Of a DNA stretch of 64,000 nt, positions 1-13,574 are shown piece after piece. Each line of letters begins with the position of its first letter. The first letter of the stretch is position 1. A program made the translations under genes and the position numbers. The stretch comes from Trichodelitschia bisporula (taxonomy: Eukaryota), in NCBI GenBank assembly GCA_010356995.1, contig ML996705.1:496001-560000 (forward strand), written 5' to 3'. The notes below the pieces were generated by a model. That model was not told where the DNA came from. It did no database searches and saw only the letters and a list, made by a program, of their open reading frames with translations.

Positions 1-1432
1 GGCATAACTTCCAGCATCCGCGAGTGGTACCGGTAGCTATAACCCCACAGACCACCACTCCGCGGATCCACCCGCTGTCTCAGGAACAGTGAGTGATGTC
101 CTGTCTCATCCTTGGACTCCAACATCGAGATCGGGGTAGCATCGACCGATGTGCGAAGCGGCATGCGAGCAAAGCGGCAACGTTCATGGCGGCGTAGCAA
201 TTACCGTGCATCGCTCCTTCCACACCGGCAGCTCCAAGCCGATGTCCGGTCCACCTCGCCGAGTCCGTGGGCAGTATCCTACCCAGTAGACACAGTTACT
301 GAGTCGGTCCAATGCTCCAAGCATCGAGACGCATAGCACCAGGCCAGTGTAACAACCTCGCTTCTACAACTGCCGACAAACTACCTACGTCCCAGCGCTC
401 CGCCCGACGAGCCTAAGCATACAGCCCACCCACACCCACTCCCTCGGCCGAAAAGCGACGACACTGAAACCGGCACTCGCACACATGGGGACAGAGACAA
501 GCAACGAGGAGAAGGAACAGCGAACGGGGTCCAGGATCCCCATTGGCAGCACAGCATTCAGACACTCACAGGCACGTCCCCTAAAAAAAGTAGTACATCG
601 CTCAATACCCGCTCCTATCCACCCACAAAACCTCCTGCGCGTAACCTATGAATACCCCCTCCCCGACTCGCTGCCAAACAAAAAGCCCCACGCACCACCT
701 TCAATGCATACCGTCCTCCTTCCAGCGCATTCACCAAGCCCAGCAGAGTCAAGGACGCAACCCAATGCACTCCGCCGCTACAACTAAACAACTTAACACA
801 CGGTGAAGCTCAAGGAAAAAAGTACAAGGGCACCGGAATGAAGACAGTAGCAATAGAAGGGGTGGTAGCAGGTGAGGGTAGGACCAAAGCCGTCGAAAAC
901 CATATTTCAAAAGCAGATGCGTCCATTTTTCCATGTTGAACAGGGGCTAAAGTCCACATATCATCAGGGAAGGGGGAATCCGTTGGCCTAGAACGCAGAA
1001 GCGTGTATAAAAAAAGGGGAGGGGGGCAACAAAATGAAAACCACCTTTCGGTAAACGACAAGCAAAGAAAAAGTCTCAAAAGGTGTAAGAGGCTCATCCG
1101 GTAGGGTAAACAGGCATGAGTTCGGCGATGACGCAAAGAAGCCTCCGACACCTTCAACCCCAAGTACTGTGCCCCCCTCCTCCGCAGCGCCTATCAAAAC
1201 AAGAGATTTTGGTGTAAGATGTCTGCAGTATCCCCAGATCTGTGTGCGTCGTGTGGTCCAGGTTGATCAAAGAAAAATCCGGCACCTCGATCAAAACCTT
1301 AGATTGTGGCCAGCACCAGTATCGAGTAAGCGCATGATTCCAGCAGGCCCGTTCAGTCGAAGCCCAAGGCATTATTGCTTTCCGAGAAGCGCGCCCACAT
1401 AATGCTTTCGGTCACTCGGCTCACGGTTGCGT

Positions 1433-2693
1433 TTAGGCCCAGACCCGGAGCTGCAGCAGTTAGCGGTGGTCGGACCAAGGTGGGGCGGCAGCATGGACAC
1501 GTACCATTGAGTCCCAAGATCCAGTGCACAGGCTCATAGCGTCGTTGCTCACTCCCAAACAGCTGACCCGGTTCTCGTGCCCTGTAAGGGTCCCTACGCG
1601 CTCACCACGAAGCACGTCCCACACCTGGAACAAGTTAGCGGAATTGGCAACACGGGCACAACAAAACGTGCCTTGCATTCAAAGTCATCGTAACCAGCAA
1701 ACAGTAGCCGACCAGAGACGGAAAAGGCCACAGAGGTGATGCCGCAGACGGGTTCGCCGATCTGTCGCTGTTAGCCAGGCAATTGCAAGCGGACTCAGAA
1801 AACGTACCGTATAGCTCTGCATCTCCCGGTCGGCGCGGATGTCGAACAACCGGCACGACGCGTCATCAGAACCGGTACCAAACGCGTTGCCATTAGGGAA
1901 GAATTGAATAGCGTTGATGTCCGAGTCGTGCGCCGCAAAGGTCTGCACGCAGCGCTGCTGCCGAATGTCCCAGAGCTTCGCAAAGGCGTCGCAAGCACCA
2001 GAGACAAACTGGTTGTTATCGAGCGGATTTATACTCAGACTCATAACATCGCCCAAATGGTCGGCAAACTCGTGAATCTTCGCGCCCGTTTCGACGTCCC
2101 AGAGCACGCATGTCATGTCTCCCGACGACGTCAGTATCCGCCGGTCGTTGATGAATCGACAGCACGAGAGATAACCGGAGTGACCGGAGAGTTCACGTGC
2201 GACGCGCGTCGGACCTTCCCGTGCATTCAGGTTATAGATGGAACAGATGTTATCGAGACCACCGCAGGCGACGTAGTTGCCGCTCGGGGAGTACGCGCAC
2301 GTCATGACCCACGACGAGCGCAGCGGGATGGCATGAACCTTGTTTGTGGTGTAGGCATCCCAGATGATGAGCTTTCCGTCCTGCGAGGCAGACACGAGAT
2401 GCCGGCGGTCCGTTGACCAGTGCATGGCGTAGATCTTCGCCAAATGGCCCTTGAGGATACGCTTCGTCTTCATCGACAGACGCGGCAGCTGCTCGACACG
2501 TTGCCGCGCAACCTCACGAACTACAGGTGGCGTAAGCGACGAGCAATGGGATGGTAGATGCTAGGACAAACGACTTACGGGTTGTATCGGCGAGCTCATC
2601 TTTCCTCCGCTTTATCCTATCCTTGAGAGCTTCTGCGTCGCGACGAGCAATCTGGATCCGCTGCTGGATGGTCTCGGCATTGACGTCGGACAT
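1433..2693 (-). CDS. sfaD: Heterotrimeric G-protein beta subunit (WD40; SfaD/GNB-1/Ste4 ortholog). Exons 2693-2579, 2520-1808, 1761-1672, 1624-1505, 1450-1433
   Basis: Spliced product runs [24 protein letters not shown]...[33 protein letters not shown]...[36 protein letters not shown]...GSWDSM|LRVWA*, the canonical fungal G-beta. Splice sites were located and frames join cleanly. Confidence 0.97.
1625..1671 (-). other. Non-canonical GC-AG intron (intron 3 of G-beta)
   Basis: AAG|gcacgt...gctaac...ttccag|GTG; removing it restores the conserved FECKVWD sequence. Confidence 0.85.
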
Positions 2694-3097
2694 TGTAACG
2701 GGAAGCACGGGTCCTCAGATCGAGGACCAGATATGTGGTTGGAAGGCGGTGTTGAGCTGTGAAGGTGTATGATTTTAGGGAGGGGGGTTGGAAGTTGCGA
2801 AGGCGGAGGTCCGGGGTTGATGGTGAGTGGTGGTGGAGGGAGAGGGGGTTCGCACGGTTGGCGCAGGCGCGAAAACAGCTGAACGGCGACGGACGATTCC
2901 AATGGCAGCGACTTTCCCGGCAAGCGCGAGACAATGGAGGCAGGTAGGATCAGTGAGGTGAGAAGGATGCGCGCAAGAGAACTCCGCCAGTCAATGAATG
3001 AGGTTCCCGCGATCGGGGTGGTTTGTTCGGAAGGGTGGATGGAAAAGATTGGGACGGAGTTGATAGGGAGAGTGAAAGCGGGTGGTGTAGAGAGGGT

Positions 3098-3111
3098 GGG
3101 GGGGGGGGGGG
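3098..3111. repeat. G14 homopolymer in a G-rich tract upstream of G-beta
   Basis: Directly visible run of G. Confidence 0.9.
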
Positions 3112-3259
3112 TGTGCAGTTGGAGCAGTCAGCAGTTTTGGCTGGTGGAGCTTGCGGAAGAGTGGTTTGCTTGGGGGGTTGTTGCTTGGTCAAAGGTGGTG
3201 GTGGAACTACGGATGTAGGAAACGGGGATATGCTGCTAATGCTTCTCACACTCTCTCAC

Positions 3260-3263
<4 letters not shown>

Positions 3264-3299
<36 letters not shown>
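3264..3299. repeat. (CT)n microsatellite, about 18 units
   Basis: Directly visible dinucleotide repeat. Confidence 0.95.
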
Positions 3300-3302
<3 letters not shown>

Positions 3303-6300
3303 TTCTCTCTCCGCTGGAGCTCTCACTTTCTGCCGCGTCTTTTACTCCTTCCCTCCTCACTTCGCACACTCCCTCTTTGACCCTTGTCACCTTCCCTCCA
3401 CCCCCAACCCAACCCCTCGCTCCTTCTCCCTTCCCACTGGGTGAGCTACGACCGGGCCCTGGTCTGCAAGTCACGGGCTGGCTCGGGCGCCCCTTCTTTT
3501 GCCCTTTCAGTGGAAAATGCCAAGCCACCTGCCTCCCCAAGGAAACTTCCACCGGGTCTGTGCGAAACTTGTTCGGGAGAGGGGAGGGGGAGGGGAAGGG
3601 ATAGGAAGAAAGGAGCAATTGGGAAAGTGCAAAAGAAAAGCCACAACAACGGTCCGAGTCGGCCATCGGCTACGATTGTCAATATCAATTCTATCAATAT
3701 TCACATTCACACTCCACAGATCATTGATCGTCGAGCATCATCGGCCATCAACGCTACCCCCGTACACCACTTGAGAACTGCATCACTATCCCATCCCGGT
3801 GGAATCACAATGGCTTCTGTCGAACTATTGAAGCGGTATTCTAGCGCTGATGGCTTGCACTCCCCTTGGTCCCTCTATCGACGCAAGCAAAGGTTAGCAC
3901 CGCGGTGCCTGGCCCGGCTGAACGACGGGTTGCACGCCTCATCTTCGTCTTCAAAGAAGCACGCAAAAGGATGGCGCAAATGGCGCCGACGGCGTCCTTG
4001 ACGTCTTGTCTCTAATCTCAAAGTGAAGATATCGTACGTTTGCGATGGCTTGAGCGATGGCCCGCTCTCGGCCAGTCTCACTTACCTCCGTATCTGGTCT
4101 CGCTTTGGAGAACCTTGGAGACGGTACAAAGCAACTCCAGCGACTTCATCCTTTCGAGGTGCTTTTGAACAGCCCCAATCTTGCGTAGCTCACGTCGTCC
4201 CTGCTTCCTACCCTCGTTCTCCCTCTCTCACTCTCTCGCTGCCTCTGTCTGTCTCTCTCCCTCCACTTCTCCTTGCTTTTTGCCCGTTTTTGCCTCCTCT
4301 TGCCTCCACCCGCCTCCACTCCCCAAAGTTCAGGTCCGGTTGCTGGCCGCGAATTCCTCCTGCAGCTGCGGGACGAGACCGCCTTAGCGTCATGCGCCGT
4401 CCTGCCGGTTATTTATGTAAGCTTTGCCTCATGCGGCCAGTCGCCGACCGCATATCGGCCTAATTTGCCGGCCAAGCGGAAAGCGGTCAGGCTGCTGTAC
4501 AACATTTTGCAGCGGCTCGCATCCACGAAGTTGTGGACATTGAGCGGAGAAAAGCGTATGATGGCATCGGACGGAACTATCGCTTCATGCACTCACCCTA
4601 TTACCTGCATTTAATTTGCTGCGGAAAGATGCATTTCGCTGCACCTTTCGCCTTCTCGGCTCTCCAATACTTCGTCAAACAACTTTCTTTTCATCTCTTC
4701 TCTTTCTTCTCACCTCGCTTCGGAATCACCTCCACAAAATCACGTGCATCGCAGCTCCCCAATCCGCCCGTGTCATGAACGAGCGCCACTAAAGCGCCGA
4801 CAATAATGCGCCCGTGAGGAGGCCGTCAAATCGAAGCCGCCACAGCTTCCATGCCGCCGAAAGATTTCGCCTTGCCTCGACGCCTCGGCCAGGAACGGCA
4901 AGCCCGTTGCATTTCTCAGCAACGCTGTCCCCTTCCCGCGACTAATGGCATCCACCCCGGTCGACCTGAATCCCATCCCCAGACCGACGGGCGACGGCCA
5001 CAAACGGTTCGCCCTGCCTCCAACAACGGCGAGACACATCCCAAAGGTCGCTTAAGAGGTCAGCCGCCAGAGTGTGGGGATGGGAAAGAGAGACGCCGAA
5101 TCGCTTCGAGACTGGTGATCGCAGGAGTAGGTAGGACATTCCAAGCCGCGACATCAACACTTCATCTATCTCACCAACCTTACACACCGCCCTGGCGTCG
5201 CAACCCTCCCCCGCCCACCGTCAGAACCTCCACCCGAACTCACCCTGCCTGAGCAGCTTCTCGACGTCGTCCATCGCTCCCCTGCTACGTCCGCTGAATC
5301 GTCCCGCGCCTCGGCTCTCCTCACCACCATATTACATCCCCGCTCCGCAACCAATAGCCGCGTGCGGGGCCCCCTCGTCCACGCACTCCCTTCCTCCGCT
5401 CGAGCATGCAGCCTCCTGCTCCGTCGATCACTCGCTTTGTCGGCACCCAGCGAGTCGCTTGGATTCTCACGAGCCGGACAATCGACCCGCGGGGAAGGGA
5501 CGCGGTAATCGCAGTGCGCGTATATAAATGTCCGACGCACAGCGCCGCAGCAGCTGTCGGGATTTGGGCGCTGGCAACCGGGTCAGCCGCCGCTGAGCCA
5601 GCCTTGCGCTGATTGCGGATGTGTAGCGCCACTGCCGCGGGTGGAATGGTTCCTGCACTATCCGATATTGACCCGTACGTCATGTCGGGAACCTTACTGC
5701 ATTTCGCGAGTTTTTCGCCAGAAGGCGTCAGTATGCTCCGAAGAGGGTATTCGATGCTTGGGTTTGATTTTCTTGCGAATGGGCGCCTTCTAGAAGGGAA
5801 GGTGAAGATCGTGGGGTATTAATCTGGCTTTTTCGGCGACGTCTCTCAGCAACTATTTTTGACACAAGCTTTTCTACGCTCGACGTCTGCGACGCACGAT
5901 CGAACCTTATTCCAGCCTGACCCGCGCGCAGCCGAGTGGCCATTCGAATCGCACTCACTAGTACCCCCGCCGCGGAAACGGAGTGTCCCGTTCAAGACGA
6001 GGCCGAAATGACGGAGCCGTGACGGGGCTTTGTATCACGGCCCTCGCAACACCCTCTCTTCTCTGCTCAACATAGCCACCTTACGGCGCCGAGTATTGAT
6101 ATCCATCTACGGCCATGACTTCCCAACTGACTCTACGTAGTATCAGTACTCACCCGCAGCCCTGACCCTGCCCACGGCACTGTATCAGCGGCCTCAGCCT
6201 CCTCACCGGGTTAACCCCCGCCTCGACTTCGCCTACCCTCACCCTCGGTCCTCTCCAGGGTGCTCTCTGGGTCGGACCGCTACGGTGGCCCGCGGATCGG

Positions 6301-7843
6301 AGCCGATCCTCGCCGCGCATTGTGGCGCGGTTGCGACCGATCGGCGACGGGTGGGCGAGGTTGCTCGGTTCCCGTGGCCGAAACTTGTCACGTGACCCGA
6401 GTGATATGATGTCGAGGAGGGAGGATGCTCCGGATGGAGGGGGCGAGAGTGCCGGTGTGGTGCTGCTCTGAACTTTTGAGCGAAATGGGGAGCTTTGCGG
6501 CCCAACTCGGAGCATTGGTGGTGAGACCCGCGAGCACAGTTGGAATGGGAATATGGAGAGGGAACACCGAGTCGTCCTATACTTGCCTTTATTTTGCTTG
6601 ACGATGCCAGTGGGCTTGTAGAGACACCTTTACAAGTCCAGTGGCATCGTGGGGCTCAACAGAGGCATGTAGAGGACGGACACGGTATTCCCTCTCGGGA
6701 TTCACATTCCAACGGCCCCCGCTCCGGGCAATACCGTAATGCTCCAGCGGTGGATGCCCTCGCACTCGCCCGGCAGCGTCTACATAGCCGTTCTCGCCGT
6801 CCTGACGGCCCGGCAAGGCACCCACCCTCATCCACAGCACGCCCGTCGGTGGCCGCGAACCGGGCCGCTACTGAGGCGGCTGATGTCGCTCGATGGCTTG
6901 ACGGATGGGACGTCAGCTCGATGGCGTCTCTTGTCTCGCACAGCAGGCTGTCCTTGGGAAAGTACGGTCTCCCATCTCCCCACCTTCCCCGTCCAGCCTA
7001 ACGGGTTCGATTTCCTCGCCCCACCCGATGCGAGGGAAAGAATGAGGCTGGGAGAGGGAAGGCACGAACGAAGGTGCGACGTCCCTTCCCCTTCCATGAC
7101 GCTTGCCATTCGTAGCTTGCCCGCCGGAGGATATGAGGGCACACAGGAACAGAGCGAAACTGCAAACGCTAACCTCCTCCAACCCGTCGCGCCATTCCCT
7201 CGTCGTCCGTCGGCGGCAAGCCATCATCGACGGGACCGCAAACCTGCGGTAAGGTCGAGGGCTTACACCCGGGAAGCCGTTCGTTATGCCGATTCTCGGG
7301 TAATGTCTATGATCCGTCCTTGCAACTGGCTAGGATCGGCTTCTTTCCGCAACACAATGCCAGGTCACCACTCAGGCACGTCCATGTCACCTCGACGGAC
7401 GCTTTGTTCCTAGAGTAGATCACTTTCACACTCAAAGAGAATTAAAACGTGTGGTTTTCACACTGCAACAGCATCAAGCGAGCGGGTCGTCCCATGTAAG
7501 GTAGATTTAGACGTATGTCAGACGTATAAGTCCATGCATGATTTCTTCTATCATTCCCCCTCGAGGCTCCAAAGCCCACCTCCGCGCCGCGCACCAGTCT
7601 ATGAGAAACAAAATCTACACACACAGTCCCCATGCCCCCGCCTATGTTTCAACCCCGAAGACATGACAGCGTCGCAGTAGAACAACTGCTACAGTAGACA
7701 CCCAAGCCTCGCAAAGCAGCCATACGCGCCGAACCCCAAAGAGCAAACCCGCCACCCAAAAAAGCCATGGACGTATATCCACCAAAAACCAGTGGAGAAG
7801 TTACCGTACTGACCTGCCCATTTTGCCTTGCCTGGTATCACAA

Positions 7844-10530
7844 CTACCGCCACCCCCCTCTAGCCCCCCTCCTCTCCGTCCCACTCCCTCCCTGCAGCCC
7901 CCCCCTCCCCTCCTCAATACTCCTCCTCCCACTCCCCCCAAGCTGATCAATCGTAAAAATAAACGGCTCCTCATCATCCCCCCCGGGCCCACCACCAAGC
8001 GGTGTACTCCGCCCACTATACCTAGCAGGCCCATGCGCCCTCCTTCCCGCCCCAACCCCCCTCGCCGCCCCCGTACTCAAACTCCGTCCCTCCTTAAGCG
8101 GCCCAGACGGCCGTTCCCGCCTCTCCCCCTCCTCCGCAACACGCAACAACTCGCTCAGACTCAAGTCGCCCTCGCCCTCGCCCTCGCCCTCCCCATCGTT
8201 CGGCAAACTCGTGCTCCGGAGGCCGAAACTGTCCCCCCCTTCTTCCTGCGCTTCCTCCGCTGCGTTGCGACCGAATGCCCACGGGCGCGGACTGGTGGGA
8301 ATGTCAATCGCGCCGCTAAACGCGCCCTCGTCCGCCTCCTCCGGCCGCTCACCAGCCGTATCATCATCCGCCCCCCCATCAGCCATGCGATGCGCCTGCC
8401 TCGCGCGAGAGCGGCTCACACGCGGCGCCGGATCCGGCCCATACTCCACCACACTCCCCGCCGACAATCTTGACGGAACAGCCGGCGTATGCGGCGAAAC
8501 CGGCTTCCCCCCCGGCGACGACGCCTCACAAGCACTCGGGGGCAACATAGCCGGCACAGCCTGCAACTGCCGACTAGAAGCACCCGACGACCTCGGTGGA
8601 AGCAGAAAACTCGATATCTCGTCCTCGAGCGCGAGGTTCGAGTCGCGCATGCGCTGGAATTTACCCAGGGCGGCGGTTGTGCGGCGCATGCTTGATTCGC
8701 GGGTTGATTGGCTGGGTTGGGCGAAGGATTTCAAGTCCTTCTTGGCTTCGAGGAGGCGGATGAAGTCTTTGAGGTTGTCGTCGTCTGTCTGTGGGGCTGA
8801 GCCGTAGCTGCCTTGCTCGCCGCCGAGGACGTCGGAGCCGGGATGGGCGGAGGAGGAGGCGCTTGCTTTGCCGGAGCTGTTGTTGTCGTCTTCGCCCTTG
8901 CTTCCGCCGCCGGAGGAGAAGCGGCTGCGGCGGTGAGAAAAGGAGCTGCTGAACCGTGCAATGGGTGCGGGCTTAGGAGACGAGGATCCCGAGGAAGCAA
9001 TCGCCATGTCGTTCGGCATTGTCGGAGTGCGCAGAGCCATCTGCGGCAACGTGTTGTTGGTCAACGAGTTCCGAGTCCGCGGCTGCGTGAGCGAGCGGGG
9101 CACTGATCCCGATGGCGAGAGATTCGAAGTCGCCGGCGACGACGCCAGTGATCCAGCCTTGAAGGGCTGAAACGACACCGACGCACGGCGCGGGTTCGGC
9201 GGCGGTCCCTCAGGACGCAAGGACGGCTTTACGAGTGGCGCGGGGCTGGGCCGTTGCTTTTGCGGCGGCGTATCGGAAGGTGAGAGCGAGCCTATGTCCC
9301 GTGCCGCCCGGAGAGCCGAAATGGGACTCGAGCTGGGCGCCGGGCCCAGGTTGTGGAACGTAGACATGCTGCCGTACACCTGGCCGCCGCGGTCGACGTC
9401 AGCGGGCTCCTTGCGGGCAGTTGGTGCGGATCCCGGTTGCGGGGTCGGTACGAGTGACGGCCGGAAGTAGTGGTCGTCCATGCCCATGAAGTGTGAGCTC
9501 AGTAGCGACTCCGAGTCGTCGACGCGGAAGTCGCAGTTCTTGCGGTACGTCACCGAGATGTTGAGCTGTCCCGCCGGGCACTGCAGCGCGTCAAAGGCGT
9601 AAGAGTCGGTCACGCCCTCCTCGCCGCGGCACAGTGGCACGTCGAGCGTATCCTTGCGCGGGCTCTTGAACTGGCCATTGAGCACACGGTACATTGGTTT
9701 GAGTGCGGGATGGTTGGCTGGCTGCTTGGAGATGCGACGATAAAACTTCCACGCCGGTAGCAGACGGGTCCACGTGTACAGCGAGCGAAACAACGGGATG
9801 CCCCGCTTGTAGACGTTCGACAAGCTGTCGTGCTGCGGGGTGTAATCGCCGGTGTGGTCATCGAGCCGAATCTCCCAGCGCTCAAGAGTAACATGTGTTG
9901 TCCGGCCGAGGCGGCTGGGCGGGCGTGTGCCGGCAACGGGAGGGTTGAGTGCTTCGGCGACATCCCAGCGTTTGCCGGCGTCGTCGATGACAACGAGGCT
10001 CTGACTGCGGGTCAGTTCTGTAAGGTCGAGGTATATTTCGAGGATGAGCGGTGGGGGACGGGAGTCTTCAAGCTTTGCTGTCCGCCAATCGACGACGTGA
10101 GAGATGAGCTCGTCGGAGTCGTCCAGGATGACGTTGAACTGCAGCAGTGGGTTAGCGGTGACTCGAAACAAGCAAAAAAACGCACCCATTTATTTTGACG
10201 CAGGGTTCCAGCTCTCGTAAAGGCCTGCGGAAGCACTGTCCGCGCCGACACTATGGTCAGAGCTCCCTTTGTAAAGAATTGTTGGACGATCTGGTTGAGC
10301 TTCTGTGTCTCCCGCGCCTGGAGCTCCGAGTTGTCAACAGTGGGCTCCGCGGCGAGATCCCCGGTGCTCTCAGGACCTCCGGTACCGCGAGCAGGCGTGT
10401 CATAGCTTGAGCGACGCTGTTCAAGGCTGTCGTCCCGATCGTGGTTGGTGCGATGCTGGGGGTTGGGGTTGATGCTGGGCCGCGGCGAGCTGGCCGTGGG
10501 AGGCCGGGAGGGGCGCGGCGGTTGGTACAT
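7844..10530 (-). CDS. ATG13: Autophagy-related protein 13 (N-terminal HORMA domain plus long Ser/Pro-rich disordered region). Exons 10530-10186, 10138-7844
   Basis: KLNQIVQQFFTKGALTIVSAR...NKW|FNVILDD...PPPLILEIYLD...TLERW...VYKRGIPLFRSLYTWTRLLPAWK...VTYRKNCDFRVDDSESLLSS is characteristic of fungal Atg13. Intron gtgcgt...ctaac...cag at 10185-10139. Confidence 0.92.
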
Positions 10531-11683
10531 GGCGGTTGGCTAGGCAATGATACGGGCCATGCGAGTGTGGGGAAGTTGTACGAAGGAGCGGAGGATGCAG
10601 AGGGGTATAAGAGGGGATGAATGCTTAATTCAGGCAGCAGTCATAGTGTAGATGCAGGCGGGAACGTGCAAGGCACACAGCAGATGGCCGAGAGGCGAGT
10701 AAAGAGAGAGAGCGGCGTGGGTGGTCGTGTGTTTGGGGCGGGTTGATGCGAGTGATGAGGGATTGGTAGGAAGAGACACAAACAGAGGCGCAGTCAATGA
10801 TGGTAGGAGAGAGTGAATTGCGGGAGGGCGGTGGATGACGGGTGAGATATTAGATGAGTAGATGGGGAGGGAGAATAATGAGTGAGAGAGGTGTGTGCGA
10901 GAGAAGGCAGAAGGCAGAGGCGCAGAGAGAGAGGTGATGGGGGAAACTCAAGACATTCGAGTCACGGTGGTGATTGGGCGAGTGACTCTGCCTCCGGATG
11001 CTGGCCGTGCTGGCCTGCGCATCTTCACCTGTCAACTCTTCGTAGTCACTCAGCACTCCGACCTGTCTGTGGCCTCTCTCCCTCTGTCTCTTGCATCTCT
11101 TCCACTTTCTCTCTCTCTCGTGTTCTCAAGCGGGTCAAGCTACCACTACGGTACCAACTGACTGCTGCATCTGCCTCTCACTTCCTCCACTCAACAACCA
11201 CCACCGCACACACAAACCGACTGCATCTTGTGCCCACCTCCGTGGCGCCATGTGACCGGCCCATTGTGCCATGTGCCTTTGTCCTACGGAAATAGGTGAA
11301 GACGGATAACTAAACAATACCCTTTATACTCCGCTTATCATGAGCTTTCTGTCTTCGTACTCCTCTCGCCTCGCTCTCCTTCTCTGCCCTGCTACAGTTA
11401 AACAGCATCTCCGCCCGCTTCTCCGCATCAACCCAAAGCTTATCAGCGCCCGATGAGATTAGATCGCCTATCGCAACGTCACCGCCATTTTAAGCCTTGT
11501 AGCCTTAGAGCCTTGTCGTGGCCTTGAAGCCTGGCAGGCTGCATAGCCACTAGTTCTAGCCACACAGCACAGCCTAATCACCAGCCACAGCCAATATATG
11601 AGCTTCATGCGGGATAGCCGAGATACGAGAAAGCCCGTGGAAGGCCTCAAAGCCCGACATGAAAAGGATAGCCAAACACCCAC

Positions 11684-13289
11684 TCACAACTCATCTCTCA
11701 TCCCGGCCACCTTCCGCAGCCTAAACAACCCCACTGAATGCCGTGCCACCTGGGCCGTCAACGTCCCATGCGGCGCCACAGTGCCGACCTTCGTCCCAAA
11801 CAGCGCAGGATGATTCGCTTTCAATCCCTCTGCGTACCCAACAGCAGAGGCATTATACCGCATCGTGCTATTTGCACTAACGCTCGGTCCGCTCTCTATG
11901 ACTGCCCGCGCCTCTGCCTCGGCCATCCTGCCCCCCCACAGGTCCCATACCTCCCAGTTGGTTGCCAGCTCCTCGGCCGGGCGATACGTGCCCCCGGTGC
12001 TCTGGTCGAGGAATATATCGGCCAAAGTTGCATTCATGCTCCGCGCTGCGTTGCCAGCGTTCACGAGCGCGACGACCGTGTCGCCGTTGTCCATGACCCG
12101 GGTCCAGAGGCTGATTTCGCCCTGGCCGTTGGCGTCTTTGTCCGCGACTAGGTAGCGCCATTTGCGGATTGCGGCGCCGGCGGAGGGGTCTTGGTTGAGG
12201 GCGATGACGGCGGGGTTGGAGAGGATGGCGAGATTTGCCGGGGAGAGGGTGGCGAGGTTGGTGCCTAGTAGGAGGGGGGAGGAGAGGAGCGCCCACATTG
12301 AGAAGTGGGTTACATATTCGTTGTCTGGTTGGAGGTGAGTATTAAAGCGAACACGGAGAACAAAAGAAGCGAAGGATGCTCACCATCCTGTCCCCCATTT
12401 CCTACCTCCAGCATATCCATATCATTGAATGCTCCGCTCATGCTCCGTGCCTGAATCGCCGCCATCTTATTCAGAATATTCATGACCGAGCAATGAAACC
12501 CAGGCCAGCGACACCCGATAGCCTCGTCGCACGGGCAACGGCTGTCCGGCCGATTGAAGGAGTCATAAATATCCCCGCTCATACGCCACGAATTCGAAAT
12601 CGTATACGCCCAGTCAAACGGATCATCATTCCCCCAGTTGCAAATCGCATACACCACCGACCTGCCCGTCGCATTCAGCGCCTTGGACATGGCCTCATAT
12701 CTCTTGAACGAAATCTCCGGCGTCCCGCTCCTGCCCTGGTTGAAGCAGTTGTCATACTTGACGTAATCAACCCCCCAACTCGCCCACAGCGCCGCATCCT
12801 TCTCCTCGTGGTCGAGCGACCCAGGATAGCGCCCGCACGTGAAGATGCCGGCAGAGGAGTAGATTCCAAACTTGAGCCCCAGAGCGTGGATATCAGATAT
12901 CAGCGGCGCAAGCCCGCGCGGAAATTTCTCCCGGTCTTCCTCCAGGTAGCCGCTGCTATTGCGTCCGCTCGACCAGCAGTCGTCCAGGATGACGTATTTA
13001 TAGCCTAGGTCGCGCAGGCCTGTGGAAACCAGGGTTTGGGCCGTGGAGAAGAGGAGCGTTTCGTTGACGTTGCAGCCGAATGCGTTCCTGGTCTATTCAG
13101 TAGCCGCAGTGATAGGTGGAAAGAATCCTGAATTGGAGAGGAAGGAGTTCACCAGTCATCCCATCCCATCTGCGGCACGAGGTTGAGTCCATTGTAGCTC
13201 GATGCACCGGGGATATTCGCATATCCCTTAGCGCTCGCAGGCGCAGCAATTGAGGCGATCAACGCGAGCAGCGCGAATGGTGAAGGCAT
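11684..13289 (-). CDS. Alpha-galactosidase, glycoside hydrolase family 27, with signal peptide. Exons 13289-13153, 13087-12384, 12324-11684
   Basis: MPSPFALLALIASIAAPASA signal; NGLNLVPQMGWDDW|NAFGC; YVILDDCW; WGVDYVKYDNC; SWRMSGDI; FNDMDMLEVGNGG; HFSMWALLSSPLLLG; ALNQD. All are GH27 hallmarks. Confidence 0.95.
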
Positions 13290-13562
13290 CGCGAGCTGAA
13301 AAATGCGGCACAATCAAGCCATGAGCAATACCAGCATCCAGGAAGAGATGCTATAATAGCCGCTGGAAAACCACTATGGCAAATGTCCGTGTCAAACGAC
13401 GTGCATATAACCCTTCCCAAGGCCTGGTCCGAGCCCGAATATAAACGGGGAAATAGCGACCTGACCCTTGCGTACGCATCTTCGGTCTCCGCGTCGAAAG
13501 AGGGGTTGGGCTTTGGATGCCACATTTCAGCAGAGTGCAATTGTCTATGCTTCATAAAAGGC

Positions 13563-13574
13563 GTGGAGGCGGGG
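13563..13574. promoter_or_regulatory. Two adjacent SYGGRG motifs (possible CreA carbon-catabolite-repression sites) about 280 bp upstream of the alpha-galactosidase
   Basis: GTGGAG immediately followed by GCGGGG. The motif is short and degenerate, so chance occurrence is possible. Confidence 0.3.

Noticed and set aside
16..67. Imperfect 13-bp inverted repeat; also a 9-bp hairpin at 27935-27959
   Set aside because: Short stems compatible with chance; no tRNA, snoRNA or MITE hallmarks.
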